From positions 1 through 64,000 of the IMG/VR virus record IMGVR_UViG_3300022305_001387: 64,000 nucleotides of DNA. The stretch is one strand, 5' to 3'. A program made the translations under genes and the position numbers. Numbering within the stretch: position 1 is the stretch's first letter; each line of letters begins with the position of its first letter. Under the pieces are notes generated by a model that had not been told where the DNA came from, did no database searches, and was given only the letters and a program-made list of their open reading frames with translations. This document shows positions 46,429 to 55,899 of this stretch, one piece after another. The stretch comes from a virus. Its lineage: Duplodnaviria > Heunggongvirae > Uroviricota > Caudoviricetes.

Positions 46429-47469
46429 ATGAAAGATTTTAATTTACACAAATTCTTAAGAGACAATCCTTTAACAAAGCAAAAACAGACTTTGAAAAAA
46501 GGAAAAATAAACGAATCGTTCGAAGGTTTCGGCGGATACAGAGATATATCGCCTATACACGAAGCTCCTATTCAAACAAAAGATTTTAATTGGGATCCTA
46601 CTGATACTGCTGATTATGATGAGCAGTCACAACCAAATAAGTGGATCGCTGATATCGATCGTATGCAACCTGAATATGGAGATTGGAAAGCTACTTGGGA
46701 ACACCCAGGAATTATTGTTTGGTCAAACGCTGATATTCCTGATGCGGTAGTTGTTGCAACTCCAGGATGGGACGGTCAAGGCACTCCAGTTGAATTTCAA
46801 TCTAATGCAGGTTCATCTCAAATGTTAAAAGTTTTGGATCAAGATCAATTCGCGACTTTTAAAGATTATCTTAATGCAATTAGACCTTATTTAGATATGG
46901 TACTTGATGCTAATGTTAATCCTACAAGTACTGACTATGAGACTAGCGATATTAAAGCTCCAGGAATGGGAGAATTTCAAGGTTTACATGAAGGTAAAGA
47001 AGATATTCTTAATAAGATTGAACGTTGGTTACACACTACAACTGAACCTTATGCTGATTACGAATTTGATGGAGATGATACAGTTACTCTTTATGATGAA
47101 GATAACAACGAAATAGAATCATTATCAGTATCTAGAGATATGGGAATAAGAAGCAAAAATTATATGGGAACTCAATACGATTCATCTGAAGACATGGCTG
47201 TAGATATGGTTAAGAAAGGTATAAGGGAAAATGATTCTTTTATCCAAGCACAAAGAGATGCTGATAGTGTGACATCTGATAAAGGTTGGCAATATGATGA
47301 TGAAGAAGAGATGCCAAGTAGAATTGAAGGTCTTGTAAACCTTAGAGAATTAGCTAAATTTGCAGAAGCTGTTATGGCAATTGCTCAAGATTTAGACGAT
47401 GAAGGCTTTGATTCAATTGATATTAAAAAGTTGTTGAAAGACAAACTTGATGATATGATTATTGGATAA
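46429..47469 (+). CDS. acidic hypothetical protein (346 aa)
   Basis: D/E-rich; followed by a strong terminator. Confidence 0.55.
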   Translation: MKDFNLHKFLRDNPLTKQKQTLKKGKINESFEGFGGYRDISPIHEAPIQTKDFNWDPTDTADYDEQSQPNKWIADIDRMQPEYGDWKATWEHPGIIVWSNADIPDAVVVATPGWDGQGTPVEFQSNAGSSQMLKVLDQDQFATFKDYLNAIRPYLDMVLDANVNPTSTDYETSDIKAPGMGEFQGLHEGKEDILNKIERWLHTTTEPYADYEFDGDDTVTLYDEDNNEIESLSVSRDMGIRSKNYMGTQYDSSEDMAVDMVKKGIRENDSFIQAQRDADSVTSDKGWQYDDEEEMPSRIEGLVNLRELAKFAEAVMAIAQDLDDEGFDSIDIKKLLKDKLDDMIIG

Positions 47470-47493
47470 TATATCATTGTACATAAAAAATAT

Positions 47494-47516
47494 AAGCCCC
47501 TTTTTGGGGCTTTTTT
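47494..47516 (+). terminator. rho-independent terminator
   Basis: AAGCCCC-TTTTT-GGGGCTT followed by TTTTT. Confidence 0.75.
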
Positions 47517-47540
47517 ATTATATTTAATTAAATAAAAGTT

Positions 47541-47834
47541 ATGCAACCATATTCAGTTTATTATTTACATTTTCAAGATGGCAGAGAAGTTGAATCCAAT
47601 TGGAATAGATGCCAAGATTTTGTCTGTTGTGTTATGGCAGATAGTCAACAGCATGCTATAGATCAAACAACATATATAGCTCTTAATCAAAAAAATGCCA
47701 GGCATATAAAAGTATTAGGCGTTGGACATTGTAAAGAAGAGTGGACAAAAGAACCTCAACCAATGAGAACTGATGAGCAAGAAATGCGCACTCAATTAGA
47801 CTCCATGTTTGAAAGAATACACGCAAAAAAGTAA
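47541..47834 (+). CDS. hypothetical protein (97 aa)
   Basis: After AAATAAAAGTTATG. Confidence 0.5.
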   Translation: MQPYSVYYLHFQDGREVESNWNRCQDFVCCVMADSQQHAIDQTTYIALNQKNARHIKVLGVGHCKEEWTKEPQPMRTDEQEMRTQLDSMFERIHAKK

Positions 47835-47867
47835 GAATTTACATATTTATAATAAAACAAAAACGTT

Positions 47868-49040
47868 ATGAGTTTACTTTCGATGACAGATTACTATCCG
47901 GAGTTTCTTCGCTATTATGCGATGGCAAAAACACAACAAGAAGAATGCAACTTAGGTCTTATACCGCACGCAGAATCTTCAATTCCAGACGATTTAATGA
48001 AACACGTAGAACTCTACGATGTAGTTGAAAGAAAATATGCTGGATTTTCTCAGATCGTTAACGATATATTCTATGGTTGGACAGAGGATCATCCTTACTG
48101 GAAGCGTATGCAAGCCGGTTTAGCGAGTGGACCAAGAGAAGAGATTGCTCCTAAATGGAATGGTAAAAGAACTCAATTAAAAACAGAAGATTGGTTCTTT
48201 TTATTTTTAGTGCATCGATTAACAGGTTCAGCTATTAACTATGCCAAAAAACCAAGCGGATATCACAATAGTATTCTATTTGATCTTCACGAATGTGAGA
48301 ATATTCCACAAATGGTAGAAAAAATAAAAAATAGAATTTCTCCATTTTATACATCAGTTGGATATCAGATTGCCGCATTTCCAAAACCTCAAGGATCATA
48401 TAAAAGAGGGGGAGATTATTTCATTTGTGAATGGGTTCCTCAATTGGCAAAAGACGTTTTAGCCTTCTTAGAAGAAGGAGGAACTAAAAAAGACTTTAGA
48501 CAAGTGGGAGATTTCATGTTTGCATGGAATAAAGAAAGAGGATTTAGAGCATTTAAGTTTCAATATTCCGCTTTTATTGCTGATATTGCAGATTGGTTTC
48601 CTCAATATATAAACAAAGAGAGTCCATTCTATTATGGTACAAATGCTATAGAGTGTTTAAATTATTTAGCAAAAAAAATCAAAGGTGTGCCTCAAGAAGT
48701 ATTTTTAGACATGATAACTAAAAAAATATATGAAGACACTGGAGCTTATCCTTATAATAGCGAGGACGTTACCTGTGATTTTATTCGTTATGTAGAAAAT
48801 TATGTAAAACCAGGAAATGATTATAGACATTTGGATTACGATAATCTTTGGAATAGCAGTAATATAAAAGATCATCCATACGGTAGACAAAAAGCTATGT
48901 TAGATCTAGGGCTAGTTCCCACATTTAAAAATATAACTGATCATCCATCTGATGATAAGATTATTAAATCTGTTAATGTAACACCTGAGCAATATAAAGA
49001 AAAAGTAAAAGAGTTTAATTTTAATTATCAAGTACAATGA
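47868..49040 (+). CDS. large hypothetical enzyme-like protein (390 aa)
   Basis: After AACGTTATG; ATGA-coupled to the next gene. Confidence 0.6.
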   Translation: MSLLSMTDYYPEFLRYYAMAKTQQEECNLGLIPHAESSIPDDLMKHVELYDVVERKYAGFSQIVNDIFYGWTEDHPYWKRMQAGLASGPREEIAPKWNGKRTQLKTEDWFFLFLVHRLTGSAINYAKKPSGYHNSILFDLHECENIPQMVEKIKNRISPFYTSVGYQIAAFPKPQGSYKRGGDYFICEWVPQLAKDVLAFLEEGGTKKDFRQVGDFMFAWNKERGFRAFKFQYSAFIADIADWFPQYINKESPFYYGTNAIECLNYLAKKIKGVPQEVFLDMITKKIYEDTGAYPYNSEDVTCDFIRYVENYVKPGNDYRHLDYDNLWNSSNIKDHPYGRQKAMLDLGLVPTFKNITDHPSDDKIIKSVNVTPEQYKEKVKEFNFNYQVQ

Positions 49041-50041
49041 CTGACATCATATATCAAAACACCTGCGAAGTTGAATTTAAAGGCAAGAAACCAAAAGATA
49101 GTTGGATGGCCAATTGGTCATTAGACCAAAGATTAGATAAGTTTTTTGAATTTTGTAGAGTATTCGACGACAGACAAGACAGATTACTTAAAGACGAATA
49201 TCAAATATTCTCTCATCGTTTGCATTGGCACGAGCATCCATTTTGCGATCTAATGCAATCTGTAACTGACAACAAACTTAGACTATATTATACACTTGTT
49301 TTTTCTTTTACTAACGAGCATTGGGGAACTCTAAATAAATTGATGGGAGAAGGAGCTGATGCTACTGAGACTCATTTTGAGAACAATAGGCACGCTCGTA
49401 ATGATTTGTTTCAGATATATTATCCCAAAGGCACAAACGTAAAGCAGTGGCTTCTGAGAGGTCCTCTACAAGCCGCAGGAGCTTTGAAGTATGTATTGGA
49501 TGAAGTAGAAAGAGGCGACCGTAGAAGATTCACAATGATGGAGTTCGCTAAATTACTCGAAGGTTATTTCAAAACTTATCTAAACTTTAGAAGTCCTTTA
49601 TATCCGTGTAAGAACACTGCAAGATATATTGCTATGGCCTATCCACACTTAGTAGATCCAGAATCTATTCTTTTTGGTGGAACTGGTCACTTCGATGGTC
49701 TACATCAAATTTTCGGTGGACACAATCTAAATGGAAAAGTTAAGTACTCTATCGATGAAAATGGTTTATTCGTTCCAGAAAACAAACAAGCAGAAACATG
49801 GTTGTATCAAATGGATGTTCTTGTAAATGATCCTCGCAACCCTATGATTTCTCAAAAGTATTTAAACGTAGAAGATAAAACTTGTTTCTTCTGGAAGCAC
49901 ATAGGCATCCATCACGGAGCAAAGAAGCCCACTAAAAATATTCCATACACATGGATATTCTCAGACAATTTCAATCTTGGCAATCACTCAGATTTTTTAG
50001 AAAATATTAAAGAAAGAAGTTTAATGTATGAAGAGGCTTAA
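49037..50041 (+). CDS. large hypothetical enzyme-like protein (334 aa)
   Basis: Translationally coupled to 47868; His/Cys-containing conserved-looking blocks. Confidence 0.6.
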   Translation: MTDIIYQNTCEVEFKGKKPKDSWMANWSLDQRLDKFFEFCRVFDDRQDRLLKDEYQIFSHRLHWHEHPFCDLMQSVTDNKLRLYYTLVFSFTNEHWGTLNKLMGEGADATETHFENNRHARNDLFQIYYPKGTNVKQWLLRGPLQAAGALKYVLDEVERGDRRRFTMMEFAKLLEGYFKTYLNFRSPLYPCKNTARYIAMAYPHLVDPESILFGGTGHFDGLHQIFGGHNLNGKVKYSIDENGLFVPENKQAETWLYQMDVLVNDPRNPMISQKYLNVEDKTCFFWKHIGIHHGAKKPTKNIPYTWIFSDNFNLGNHSDFLENIKERSLMYEEA

Positions 50042-50052
50042 TATTTATAGAT

Positions 50053-50610
50053 ATGAAATTAATGAGCATCTTATTAGAAGCTGATGCTGAAAGCAAATCA
50101 GCTGAGGTAGTAGACCAACTAAAATCCCAAATGTCTTCTTTAATTAAGAACATAGATGCTTCGTTAGAAGATACTACAGATCAAAAAAACGAAGGTTTAT
50201 TAACAGTAGCTAGCATAGCGGTGGCATTACCGTCTATTATGGGATTGGCAGCTAAATTCGGTAAATCTGCATCTAACGTAATAAATAAAATTATTGGTAA
50301 AAAACCAACTGCAAAAGAAGAAGAGGAGAATTGGTTCGCAAAATTAGGGAAAATTGCAGACGATTTACATCATTTATATTTATCTCCGCTTGAAAAAGTT
50401 ACTGCGAAATTTATAAAAGATCCTGTTAAATCTAAAAAAGTAGCTCACGCTATATTTCACGTTATTGTTGCTATCATGTTAATTGCATCAGGCGCGACAG
50501 CGGTGAAAGCTTTACAATCAAAAGAAATATCTCTTGCTACATTAGAAACAGCATTGGCGGCTGTAAAAGGCGGAGAAATAAAAGCCTACATAACTAAATT
50601 ATTAGCATAA
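50053..50610 (+). CDS. membrane-associated hypothetical protein (185 aa)
   Basis: Hydrophobic segments TVASIAVALPSIMGLAA and AIFHVIVAIMLIASGATAV. Confidence 0.5.
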   Translation: MKLMSILLEADAESKSAEVVDQLKSQMSSLIKNIDASLEDTTDQKNEGLLTVASIAVALPSIMGLAAKFGKSASNVINKIIGKKPTAKEEEENWFAKLGKIADDLHHLYLSPLEKVTAKFIKDPVKSKKVAHAIFHVIVAIMLIASGATAVKALQSKEISLATLETALAAVKGGEIKAYITKLLA

Positions 50611-50614
50611 TTAT

Positions 50615-51544
50615 ATGAAAAAAGAATATTTAAAAAGATTAATAGAAGGTTTATTAGAAGCCGAGGAAGAAGAGACTCAAGAAGATCCTAAAGTTAGTGA
50701 TACTGATGATGCTGCGTCAAAATTAGATTCAGCATTTAAATCAGCCGATGTAGCTGATTTTGTATCTCAATTTAAAAGTATAGCATCTGATCCTAAAGTT
50801 CAAGCAGTATTGAAAGCCGGTACTACTGATGGAAATCCTAAAGATGAACAAGTTACATACTCAAAAGGCAATATAAAAGTTACTTATTTAATACCAACAC
50901 AAGCCGAAATTGGATTTGATCAAAGTATAGCAAATATATTAACTGATCAATATGGTAGTTTAGAGAGTATACTTAAAGGAAATGCTGATGTGGGTGGACC
51001 AATTGTTACTTATAACGGAAAATATGTAATTGATGGACATCATAGATGGAGTCAAGTATATGCCGCTAATCCAAATGCAACAATGGCTAATTTAGATATT
51101 AAAGGTAAATTAAAAGCCACTGATATTTTAAAAATAGTTCATGCTTCTATTGCTGCTAAGGTGGGAAAGGTGCCATCTGCAAATCCAAAAGGAATCAATA
51201 TCTTAAAAGGCATTAATTTTAATCAAGTATTAGATGCCGTTAATGAAAAACTTTCTGATAAGGCTAAGAAAATTTGGGATGCGAATGGTCAAAAAAGTAA
51301 TGAGGCAATAGCAAAATTAATATACAATAATCTAAAAAGATTAATAAGTAAGAATAAACCAGTAGATGGCGCACCAGGTAGAAAAGACATGCCTCAAACA
51401 GATGTTGGCGGAAAACCTGCTGAGAAGTTGGCAATGATTCAAAAAGGCGCGGTTAATTTCAAAGATCCAAAAGGATCAGACGTTAAAAATAAAGCTTTAG
51501 CCGAAGTAAAACGTCTTCAAAAGAGGGCCGGCATAATAAAGTAA
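50615..51544 (+). CDS. ParB-like nuclease-domain protein
   Basis: IPTQAEIGFDQS...KYVIDGHHRW resembles the ParB/Srx N-terminal DGHHR motif. Confidence 0.5.
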   Translation: MKKEYLKRLIEGLLEAEEEETQEDPKVSDTDDAASKLDSAFKSADVADFVSQFKSIASDPKVQAVLKAGTTDGNPKDEQVTYSKGNIKVTYLIPTQAEIGFDQSIANILTDQYGSLESILKGNADVGGPIVTYNGKYVIDGHHRWSQVYAANPNATMANLDIKGKLKATDILKIVHASIAAKVGKVPSANPKGINILKGINFNQVLDAVNEKLSDKAKKIWDANGQKSNEAIAKLIYNNLKRLISKNKPVDGAPGRKDMPQTDVGGKPAEKLAMIQKGAVNFKDPKGSDVKNKALAEVKRLQKRAGIIK

Positions 51545-51570
51545 TAGTCAAAATGCTATATAAATGTATT

Positions 51571-51599
51571 GGGAGCTCATGGTAGCTCCCTTTCTTTTT
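51571..51599 (+). terminator. rho-independent terminator at the convergent strand switch
   Basis: GGGAGCT-CATGGT-AGCTCCC followed by TTTCTTTTT. Confidence 0.7.
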
Positions 51600-51699
51600 G
51601 TCCTATAGTTACTATAAATAAGCTTTTTTAGTTGAGCCATGATTAAAGGGTGAGCTCTAAATCAGTTGGGTATCTAATTGATTATCAATATGTTATAAT

Positions 51700-52158
51700 C
51701 TATTGATTTTCAACGAGTTGCTTAACGTCTCTTCTGAACCATTTACCTTGAATATTTTCATTATAGCTGTTTGTAGATAGCACTTCATATACCATTTGAT
51801 GGTAAACTTCATAATAAGATAATTGCTTTTTAGAGTAGCAAAATTCTATGATTTCTCTTTTGAATTTATGTGGGCCTAAAACTTTAACATCTTCTAAAAG
51901 AGGCTTACAACTACCATAATATTTTATCCAATCGCTTTCTTTAATTATTTTTTGTTTAGATGGTACTTTTCCTGGTTTCGACCAAGCTTCTTTCTCTTTT
52001 AGAGTCAGTTTTTTTGTGAGAAGATTTCTTAGAATTTTTTTACCTATATAGATTTTTCCGTTATCTGTATTATAAATCTTATAAACGAATCCTATGCAAT
52101 TTTGAGGAAAGTCTTCCATAGAAACATATTCTTTCCCAGAATATAACCAATTTGTCAT
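51700..52158 (-). CDS. GIY-YIG-like endonuclease (putative free-standing homing endonuclease)
   Basis: CIGFVYKIYNTDNGKIYIGKK resembles the GIY...YIG motif; sits in the strand-switch gap. Confidence 0.55.
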   Translation of the reverse strand: MTNWLYSGKEYVSMEDFPQNCIGFVYKIYNTDNGKIYIGKKILRNLLTKKLTLKEKEAWSKPGKVPSKQKIIKESDWIKYYGSCKPLLEDVKVLGPHKFKREIIEFCYSKKQLSYYEVYHQMVYEVLSTNSYNENIQGKWFRRDVKQLVENQ

Positions 52159-52180
52159 GATGTTTATTATAAATATATAA

Positions 52181-52864
52181 TTACGGAGTAAATTGTACGT
52201 ATTCTGATGTTGCGCTGGTTTCTGTATAACTTTGATTATATGGCGTACTTATAGATGCAGTTGGTGAATAATATGGATCAGGTGGTGACGTTGGTATTAT
52301 GAAGCCAGGAGAATATTCAGTATTTGTTATTATTGCCAATCCTTGAGAATATATTATATTTCCAACATGAATATTACTATTTTCTAAATCTATTAAATTA
52401 CCATTTCCATCATCAATTATATTATATTCATTTCCTATTATTGGTCTTAGATTAAATGTATTTTTAGATACTTGTTCTCCAAAAATTTGAGGAGATATAT
52501 TAATTACTGCTATGAGATCACCGGATCCAGTAGGAATATATCTATATTCATATTCTGAAGAACCTGAATACGCTGAGGATTGTGCATTCCAATTCCAACA
52601 ACTCGCAGAATTATTTAAAGATCCTGTTAGATATTCTTCATAATATAAATGTTTTATAGATCTATACATTATACTTTGAGATCCAGTTATTCCAAATTTT
52701 TGTACATCACCATTTTTAGCTCCATTCACAGATATACTTACAGATATAAAAGTATCTCCAGTTGCATATCCATCCCAACTACTTGTATATGTAGAAGTGC
52801 ACTTTAACTTTATTGGGGTTATTGTAGTACTTTTTGGTGATATGGAATTTTTAGATAGGCTCAT
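52181..52864 (-). CDS. tail-fibre/structural protein, paralog pair member
   Basis: Shares NAQSSAYSGSSEYEYRY.PTGS, IDDGNGNLID, YSQGLAIITN with 52871..53806. Confidence 0.55.
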   Translation of the reverse strand: MSLSKNSISPKSTTITPIKLKCTSTYTSSWDGYATGDTFISVSISVNGAKNGDVQKFGITGSQSIMYRSIKHLYYEEYLTGSLNNSASCWNWNAQSSAYSGSSEYEYRYIPTGSGDLIAVINISPQIFGEQVSKNTFNLRPIIGNEYNIIDDGNGNLIDLENSNIHVGNIIYSQGLAIITNTEYSPGFIIPTSPPDPYYSPTASISTPYNQSYTETSATSEYVQFTP

Positions 52865-52870
52865 TTTTTA

Positions 52871-53806
52871 TTAGCAAGTTCCATTCATTAATATAATTTT
52901 TATATAACTATTTTCATCTATAACACCATCATAAATTAATGTTGGACTAACATTAACTGGTGGGTTTCCTATAAATGGAGGATTAGGCACAGTAAATTGT
53001 TGATCAGTATTATATGTAGCTAAAAGATTTCCATATTGATCTCTTGATTCATGCTTACATCTTACACACCAGTCTCCATTAGAACTAAATCTAATAGTCG
53101 GTTTTATTGTTGATACATTTCCAGAATTAGGATATATTGTAGTTGATGTGTCTCTAGTTACAGGAAAACTTCCGCCAGCATAGCCTATAGCGCCATTATC
53201 TAAGGATATAGATAATATAGAGGCCTTTATAGATGCATTAACTATATCAATTTTTAATCTATTATGGTAAAAAGCAAAAGAATAATCTTGATTTGTTATT
53301 AATACTATTCCTTGAGAATATATTACGCTTCCTACATGAGTCGATGTATTTTTATCTATAAGATTACCATTTCCATCATCAACAATTAAATAATTATTTC
53401 CTGTTTCTGGTTTTATAACTAAAGTGTTTCTTGATATTTGTTCACCAATTACTATTGGAGGAGAGCTTATTATTCCAACAATTGCTTCAGATTGAGTAGG
53501 AAAATATCGTAATTCGTATTCTGATGAACCTGAATAAGCCGTTGATTGAGCATTCCAATCCCAAGAACTACCAGAATTTAAAACAGATCCGGTTAAATAA
53601 TTTTGACCATACAACTGTCTCATACTATGGAAATTGAGAGTTGATTGCGGAACTGATCCTGAGATAGATATTGGAGAATTTACGCCAACTTTAGAAGATA
53701 TACCATAATCTTCAAATGAGTAAAAAGCATAACTAGAAGAATACTTCAACTTTATTTGAGTCGTAGATATGTCTGATTGTTTTATGGTCTTCTTACAGTT
53801 ATTCAT
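52871..53806 (-). CDS. tail-fibre/structural protein, paralog pair member
   Basis: See 52181. Confidence 0.55.
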   Translation of the reverse strand: MNNCKKTIKQSDISTTQIKLKYSSSYAFYSFEDYGISSKVGVNSPISISGSVPQSTLNFHSMRQLYGQNYLTGSVLNSGSSWDWNAQSTAYSGSSEYELRYFPTQSEAIVGIISSPPIVIGEQISRNTLVIKPETGNNYLIVDDGNGNLIDKNTSTHVGSVIYSQGIVLITNQDYSFAFYHNRLKIDIVNASIKASILSISLDNGAIGYAGGSFPVTRDTSTTIYPNSGNVSTIKPTIRFSSNGDWCVRCKHESRDQYGNLLATYNTDQQFTVPNPPFIGNPPVNVSPTLIYDGVIDENSYIKIILMNGTC

Positions 53807-53818
53807 AATCAGTTTACA

Positions 53819-54121
53819 CTATGAATCCCATCTAACCACAAAAGTTATGTCTGTATTTGGTGGAATGGGATATGGTTGTGATAGCTTGGCCACCACTAAT
53901 AATTGATCCATATCGTTATATAATCCTATTGTAGTCGCATATGGTCTAAAATCTGATCCTGTTACAGCATCTATATAAGATCCTGTCGTACCAGATTTTA
54001 TTGCACTTAAATTTTGCGTATAATTAAAATCATTTTCATTGACATGACATCTATATTCATTTTGATATATAGTTGTTTCTGAGCAAAAGCTCATTGAATA
54101 TGGTTCGAATACAAGTGGCAT
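53819..54121 (-). CDS. small structural protein sharing a C-terminal domain with 54160..55191
   Basis: TTIGLYNDMDQLLVVAKLSQP vs TTVGMYNDNNELLAVAKLSKP. Confidence 0.5.
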   Translation of the reverse strand: MPLVFEPYSMSFCSETTIYQNEYRCHVNENDFNYTQNLSAIKSGTTGSYIDAVTGSDFRPYATTIGLYNDMDQLLVVAKLSQPYPIPPNTDITFVVRWDS

Positions 54122-54159
54122 TTAACAATAAAAAATTAAAAAATCAAAAACAAAATTTA

Positions 54160-55191
54160 TTACCAATCTAATTTAACTCTTATTAGAGCTTCTTTTGTAA
54201 AATCTTTTACAAGTGGCTTAGATAGTTTTGCGACAGCTAATAATTCATTATTGTCATTATACATTCCTACAGTTGTTATATATGTTTGGGAACTGTTTAT
54301 AAAATTTGTATAAATAAGATCGCCTGATCCTGTTATAAATGATGGATTTGTTGTGTAATTATATTCTGCATTTTTGATTCTAACAAAAACATAATCAGAA
54401 GAAATTGTCTCTTGAGAATTTAATTGAAAAGAACCTCCTGATTTAATAATATCATACATTTGATTATTATTAGCTTTACTAATTGCAGATGTTCCGGTGC
54501 CTGAATATAATGTTGCCGCTAATCCTCCGTTTGCAGAGGTTTGCTGTAAAGCTAGAGGATTTAAAACTATAAGTCCAACATCAGGTAAAAATAATCCATA
54601 AGAACCAGATGCTGTAAATCCTTTTTGAGAAGCTCCTGATAATTGAGTTACGCTTCCAGCAGTTCCATTAGATCCTGATACTATATTAAATACTCTTCCA
54701 CAATCCAAATAGTTTATTACATTTGAATCTAAAGAATCATCTGTTAAAAAAAGAGTATTAGATCCTGATACTAGTTTTAGATTAAATGTACCGGTCATCA
54801 TAGATTCTTTATATCTATTTCTATCAATTTGAATAGAGAATACATTTAAAGATCCAGTATTTCCTTGTCCAAAATTAAAAAGACCTTCATTATCTCCATA
54901 AACTATATTTCTATATTGTCCATAATTTATTCTAGAGTATGTATTTGCAACTACTAAACTATTTAAAGGAGCTGAGCCTGTGCCTTGAATATGACCATAA
55001 GCTATACTAAATTGAATTGCTGAGCTACTTCCTGTTGGATCTCCATTATAAACATCAGTAAAAAAATTACTTGTTGAGGTCGAAGAAGTAAAAAATGTAG
55101 ACAACGTTGGAGTATTAGAACTCCATGCTGGTGCAGTTACAGTGTCTGATGAAACTACTATATCTGTTGGATCAAATCTTGTGAATGACAT
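54160..55191 (-). CDS. structural (tail/baseplate-like) protein (343 aa)
   Basis: S/T/G/N-rich; shared C-terminal motif. Confidence 0.55.
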   Translation of the reverse strand: MSFTRFDPTDIVVSSDTVTAPAWSSNTPTLSTFFTSSTSTSNFFTDVYNGDPTGSSSAIQFSIAYGHIQGTGSAPLNSLVVANTYSRINYGQYRNIVYGDNEGLFNFGQGNTGSLNVFSIQIDRNRYKESMMTGTFNLKLVSGSNTLFLTDDSLDSNVINYLDCGRVFNIVSGSNGTAGSVTQLSGASQKGFTASGSYGLFLPDVGLIVLNPLALQQTSANGGLAATLYSGTGTSAISKANNNQMYDIIKSGGSFQLNSQETISSDYVFVRIKNAEYNYTTNPSFITGSGDLIYTNFINSSQTYITTVGMYNDNNELLAVAKLSKPLVKDFTKEALIRVKLDW

Positions 55192-55193
55192 AA

Positions 55194-55856
55194 TTATGCT
55201 TTATTTACGTATGATATATTTACTGGTATTGTTAATCTTGCTCCTGAATCTCTGCCAGTGATTGTTAATGTTGTATAAATAGTGGTATTTGAACCGAATA
55301 TAGTATTTACAGTTGTAGCTGTTAAGTTTATAGTTGTGCCTATTACTGTTTTACTAACATTAGTTCCTATAGTTGATGTTGTATTTAATTGATTAGCTTC
55401 AGGTGTATTTATTCCAACGCCAGTGAAAGTAGACATTGTTCTAACATCTCCTATTGTAGCGACATATCCTGATTGCTCATATGATGAATTAGCACCAAGA
55501 TAATTTAAAGTTTGAGGAGTAATCGCTAAAGAAGATCCTTGTTTCAAATTTATAGTTGCAAACCCAGCATCTATAAAAGGTAGTTTTGCTGTTCCTCTTG
55601 GAAGAGTTATAAGTTTGTATTTCATTATCTCTTGATCATTAGGATAAGCCTGGAGAACTGGCATATTTTCAATTGATTCTCCATAAAATGCAGAGCCTGA
55701 TGGATGGGATGGATTATATAAACTATAATCTATTTCATCATCACCAAGAGAAAATTGAGTTATTCTAAAAGATCCATCGTTTCTTGATAACAACTCTCTT
55801 CCTTTTTTTGTTAGTATCGCGTCTACTACGACTGATGTGCTACTTAAATATGACAT
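55194..55856 (-). CDS. structural hypothetical protein (220 aa)
   Basis: Co-directional and tightly packed. Confidence 0.5.
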   Translation of the reverse strand: MSYLSSTSVVVDAILTKKGRELLSRNDGSFRITQFSLGDDEIDYSLYNPSHPSGSAFYGESIENMPVLQAYPNDQEIMKYKLITLPRGTAKLPFIDAGFATINLKQGSSLAITPQTLNYLGANSSYEQSGYVATIGDVRTMSTFTGVGINTPEANQLNTTSTIGTNVSKTVIGTTINLTATTVNTIFGSNTTIYTTLTITGRDSGARLTIPVNISYVNKA

Positions 55857-55899
55857 ATTTTATTTCGTTGTTTTTTATAAATATTTGTATTTTCAAAAA

